A stretch of DNA of 64,000 bases from Monocercomonoides exilis PA203 (taxonomy: Eukaryota; Protista; Preaxostyla). The position numbers and the translations under genes were made by a program. The notes below the pieces were generated by a model. It was not told the origin of the DNA. It saw only the letters and a list, made by a program, of their open reading frames with translations, and made no database searches. The stretch is taken from assembly GCA_001643675.2 (NCBI GenBank), contig LSRY02000055.1, forward strand, positions 310,001 through 374,000. The letters are read 5' to 3'. The first letter of the stretch is position 1; each line of letters begins with the position of its first letter. Shown one piece after another: positions 61,051 to 64,000 of this stretch.

Positions 61051-62128
61051 ATCCGGATATTTTTTAATAAGCGTAGGAAAACAAAAACAAGTTAAAAATG
61101 AACAAAACAAATTGTGACAAGTTTTAATATATTTTTTGAGTCATTCTTTAAAAAAAAATATACCCTCTGATTTTAATTTTGTTTTGTTTCGAATAAAGAT
61201 CTCCAGAATTTACGTTTGGTTAATTTTCAAATCATTTATTTATTCATTTTTTTTCCATATTCCCCCATTCCGTTTGTCTTTAACAATTTGTCTCAGAAAT
61301 ACAAGCAATTGCCTGTTATTGTTATTTCAATATCATTTTTTTTAATTTAATAAGTTTGAACGAAAAGTGTGAAAAGTTCCAATTTCTGATTTATTATTTT
61401 CTAAAAAAGAAAAGAAAAGACTGAATGAATGTTAAATATTGACAATAAAGAAGTTCACTAATTTTATCAAAATTCAATGCAAATAGAAGATTTGTGAAAA
61501 AATCAATAAATATTTCATTTTGCAAAAGCACGAATATTTTTCGATTTTAATCATGTGGACTTTCTTGAAAGTCACATTGTTCTTATCATCTCATCTGTTC
61601 AGTTATTAACAGGTGCCCCCTTTTCTTTTATCCAAACATAAATGTTTTTCAAACCAAACATCATTCTTTTACAAAAATAAAAATTGTATTTAGAAATCCA
61701 AGTTATATTTTTTTGAATTATTGTGTCTGAGATTATTTCATTTTATTTTATTTTATAATAATTATTATTTTTGATCAAAGACTTGTTCGTGGGATAAGAG
61801 CACTTGAGTGTTGAAAGTTATGATATGGGTGATTGTTTTTGAAATCATAACTTTCATACAGGGGTGTGGTCATTGACATTTCATCCTTTGACATGAACAT
61901 TGTTATTGAAACCAAGTTGATCAGAACATTGAATTTCCGACTTTGGTGAACAATCAAAAGCCAAAAAAATGACAATCAACTTCATATTTTTTTCTGCTCA
62001 CCTTTGTTATCAAACAAACTCAAACAATCAAAATCATTGATTTTCACTGAGACTTCCTGAATGAAAATCAATGATTTTGAAAAGATTGAATGTTCAAAAA
62101 GGTTCAAATTATATTTCAATGATTGAAA

Positions 62129-62362
62129 TTTTTGAAGAGAACTCACAAATTATTGATGATGATTTTTTTTTTTAATTTTGTGTTTCTAAAATAACAAAAG
62201 AATATTCAAAAGAGAATTTCATCCATCATTAAACACTCTATTTTTGAAGCATGTTGAAAGAAAATATTATCTATTCCAATTTCATTTTTGTCGAAATCAT
62301 CAATTTCATTAAAAATCAAAAAAACATAATAACATCAATAATTTGTGAGTTCTCTTCAAAAA
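62129..62362. mobile_element. Probable degenerate MITE at the centre of P3
   Basis: TTTTTGAAGAGAACTCACAAAT resembles the family TIR TTTTTGAAAAGTC(G/A)CAAAT with a 3-nt insertion. The G-to-C span is 224 bp, the same as in P1. Confidence 0.45.
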
Positions 62363-63481
62363 TTTCAATCATTGAAATATAATTTGAACCTTTTTGAACA
62401 TTCAATCTTTTCAAAATCATTGATTTTCATTCAGGAAGTCTCAGTGAAAATCAATGATTTTGATTGTTTGAGTTTGTTTGATAACAAAGGTGAGCAGAAA
62501 AAAATATGAAGTTGATTGTCATTTTTTTGGCTTTTGATTGTTCACCAAAGTCGGAAATTCAATGTTCTGATCAACTTGGTTTCAATAACAATGTTCATGT
62601 CAAAGGATGAAATGTCAATGACCACACCCCTGTATGAAAGTTATGATTTCAAAAACAATCACCCATATCATAACTTTCAACACTCAAGTGCTCTTATCCC
62701 ACGAACAAGTCTTTGATCAAAAATAATAATTATTATAAAATAAAATAAAATGAAATAATCTCAGACACAATAATTCAAAAAAATATAACTTGGATTTCTA
62801 AATACAATTTTTATTTTTGTAAAAGAATGATGTTTGGTTTGAAAAACATTTATGTTTGGATAAAAGAAAAGGGGGCACCTGTTAATAACTGAACAGATGA
62901 GATGATAAGAACAATGTGACTTTCAAGAAAGTCCACATGATTAAAATCGAAAAATATTCGTGCTTTTGCAAAATGAAATATTTATTGATTTTTTCACAAA
63001 TCTTCTATTTGCATTGAATTTTGATAAAATTAGTGAACTTCTTTATTGTCAATATTTAACATTCATTCAGTCTTTTCTTTTCTTTTTTAGAAAATAATAA
63101 ATCAGAAATTGGAACTTTTCACACTTTTCGTTCAAACTTATTAAATTAAAAAAAATGATATTGAAATAACAATAACAGGCAATTGCTTGTATTTCTGAGA
63201 CAAATTGTTAAAGACAAACGGAATGGGGGAATATGGAAAAAAAATGAATAAATAAATGATTTGAAAATTAACCAAACGTAAATTCTGGAGATCTTTATTC
63301 GAAACAAAACAAAATTAAAATCAGAGGGTATATTTTTTTAAAGAATGACTCAAAAAATATATTAAAACTTGTCACAATTTGTTTTGTTCATTTTTAACTT
63401 GTTTTTGTTTTCCTACGCTTATTAAAAAATATCCGGATTTAAAAAAAAACCACCACATTTATATTTGCTTTATTTTCATTA

Positions 63482-64000
63482 TCAAACATGAAAAAATAAA
63501 AAAAAATGTAATAAATACATTATAACTTCCTCCAACGAGAGTGACCCACCTCTACAAGATACAACAACCACACTCTGTGAAGAAGGATTTATATTTGAGT
63601 TGCAATCAACTTTCAAATAACTCATTCCAAGATGTCCTGTTGACACGCTGAACAGCGATCCGGTTGATGAAAGTGCCCCTGTTTCGATCGAACTCTTATC
63701 TTTGCCTTTCCCAATGACTGAAATCTTCTTTGCCTCAATCTTAATAGTTGTTGCCTCACTCACATGATTCCCATCCATCAGCGTGATTACCAAGCTAATC
63801 TGTATTTCACACATCTCAAGAGCCTTCTTCACTGTCAGACACGGATTTGATTCATTTGCTCCACAAAGTGGAGTTGTATCACTCCCATTCACCGAAACAT
63901 AGATCGTCTTATCCTTCAGCCATTCCTTCTTTTCTGTGTGCTGATATGTCCAGCTGCTCCCAGTATAATTGTAGGCATAGCACATTCTCTTCTCATCTGT
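63482..64000 (-). CDS. Beta-helix family copy E' (3' part; mirror of E)
   Basis: Matches the C-terminal ~165 aa of 59338-61050; the tail differs by homopolymer indels. Confidence 0.7.
   Translation of the reverse strand, partial: TDEKRMCYAYNYTGSSWTYQHTEKKEWLKDKTIYVSVNGSDTTPLCGANESNPCLTVKKALEMCEIQISLVITLMDGNHVSEATTIKIEAKKISVIGKGKDKSSIETGALSSTGSLFSVSTGHLGMSYLKVDCNSNINPSSQSVVVVSCRGGSLSLEEVIMYLLHFFLFFHV

Larger units (their letters stand above)
60487..64000. repeat. Giant palindrome P3 (right arm runs off window); spacer 62159-62332 (174 bp)
   Basis: Mirror ORFs 61775+62716 = 61975+62516 = 124491. The last bases of the window reverse-complement to 60487 onward. Confidence 0.95.

Overview
AT-rich, repeat-dense eukaryotic DNA. 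The gene families resemble those of the oxymonad Monocercomonoides (my inference from family resemblance; not verified by search). Main content: (i) Five distinct versions (eight copies, counting palindrome mirrors) of a Cys-rich GGG/GGAI-repeat, right-handed beta-helix-like surface-protein gene. Each has a decayed or unseen 5' end, stops in the same ~50-codon zone, and is a mosaic of the others. (ii) Three giant near-perfect palindromes: 30508-45847, 47383-56982 and 60487->64000. Each holds a convergent pair of these genes and is centred on a copy (degenerate in the third) of a ~250-bp fold-back MITE family whose TIR core is TTTTTGAAAAGTCGCAAATG. Free copies of this MITE occur at 14.2, 17.2, 20.3, 20.5 and 50.9 kb. 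(iii) A decayed DIRS-type tyrosine-recombinase retrotransposon (gag, RT, RNase H, adenine methylase-like, YR; 32-bp ITRs) inserted in a two-domain type I membrane protein gene. (iv) Three decayed pogo/DDE_1 transposase remnants. (v) Two copies of an acidic alpha-helical hypothetical family sharing a 341-bp identical patch. The leading candidate for a new system is MITE-nucleated palindromic duplication of a mosaic, hypervariable beta-helix cassette repertoire. The main caveat is that whole-genome-amplification or long-read fold-back artefacts also produce such palindromes and must be excluded.
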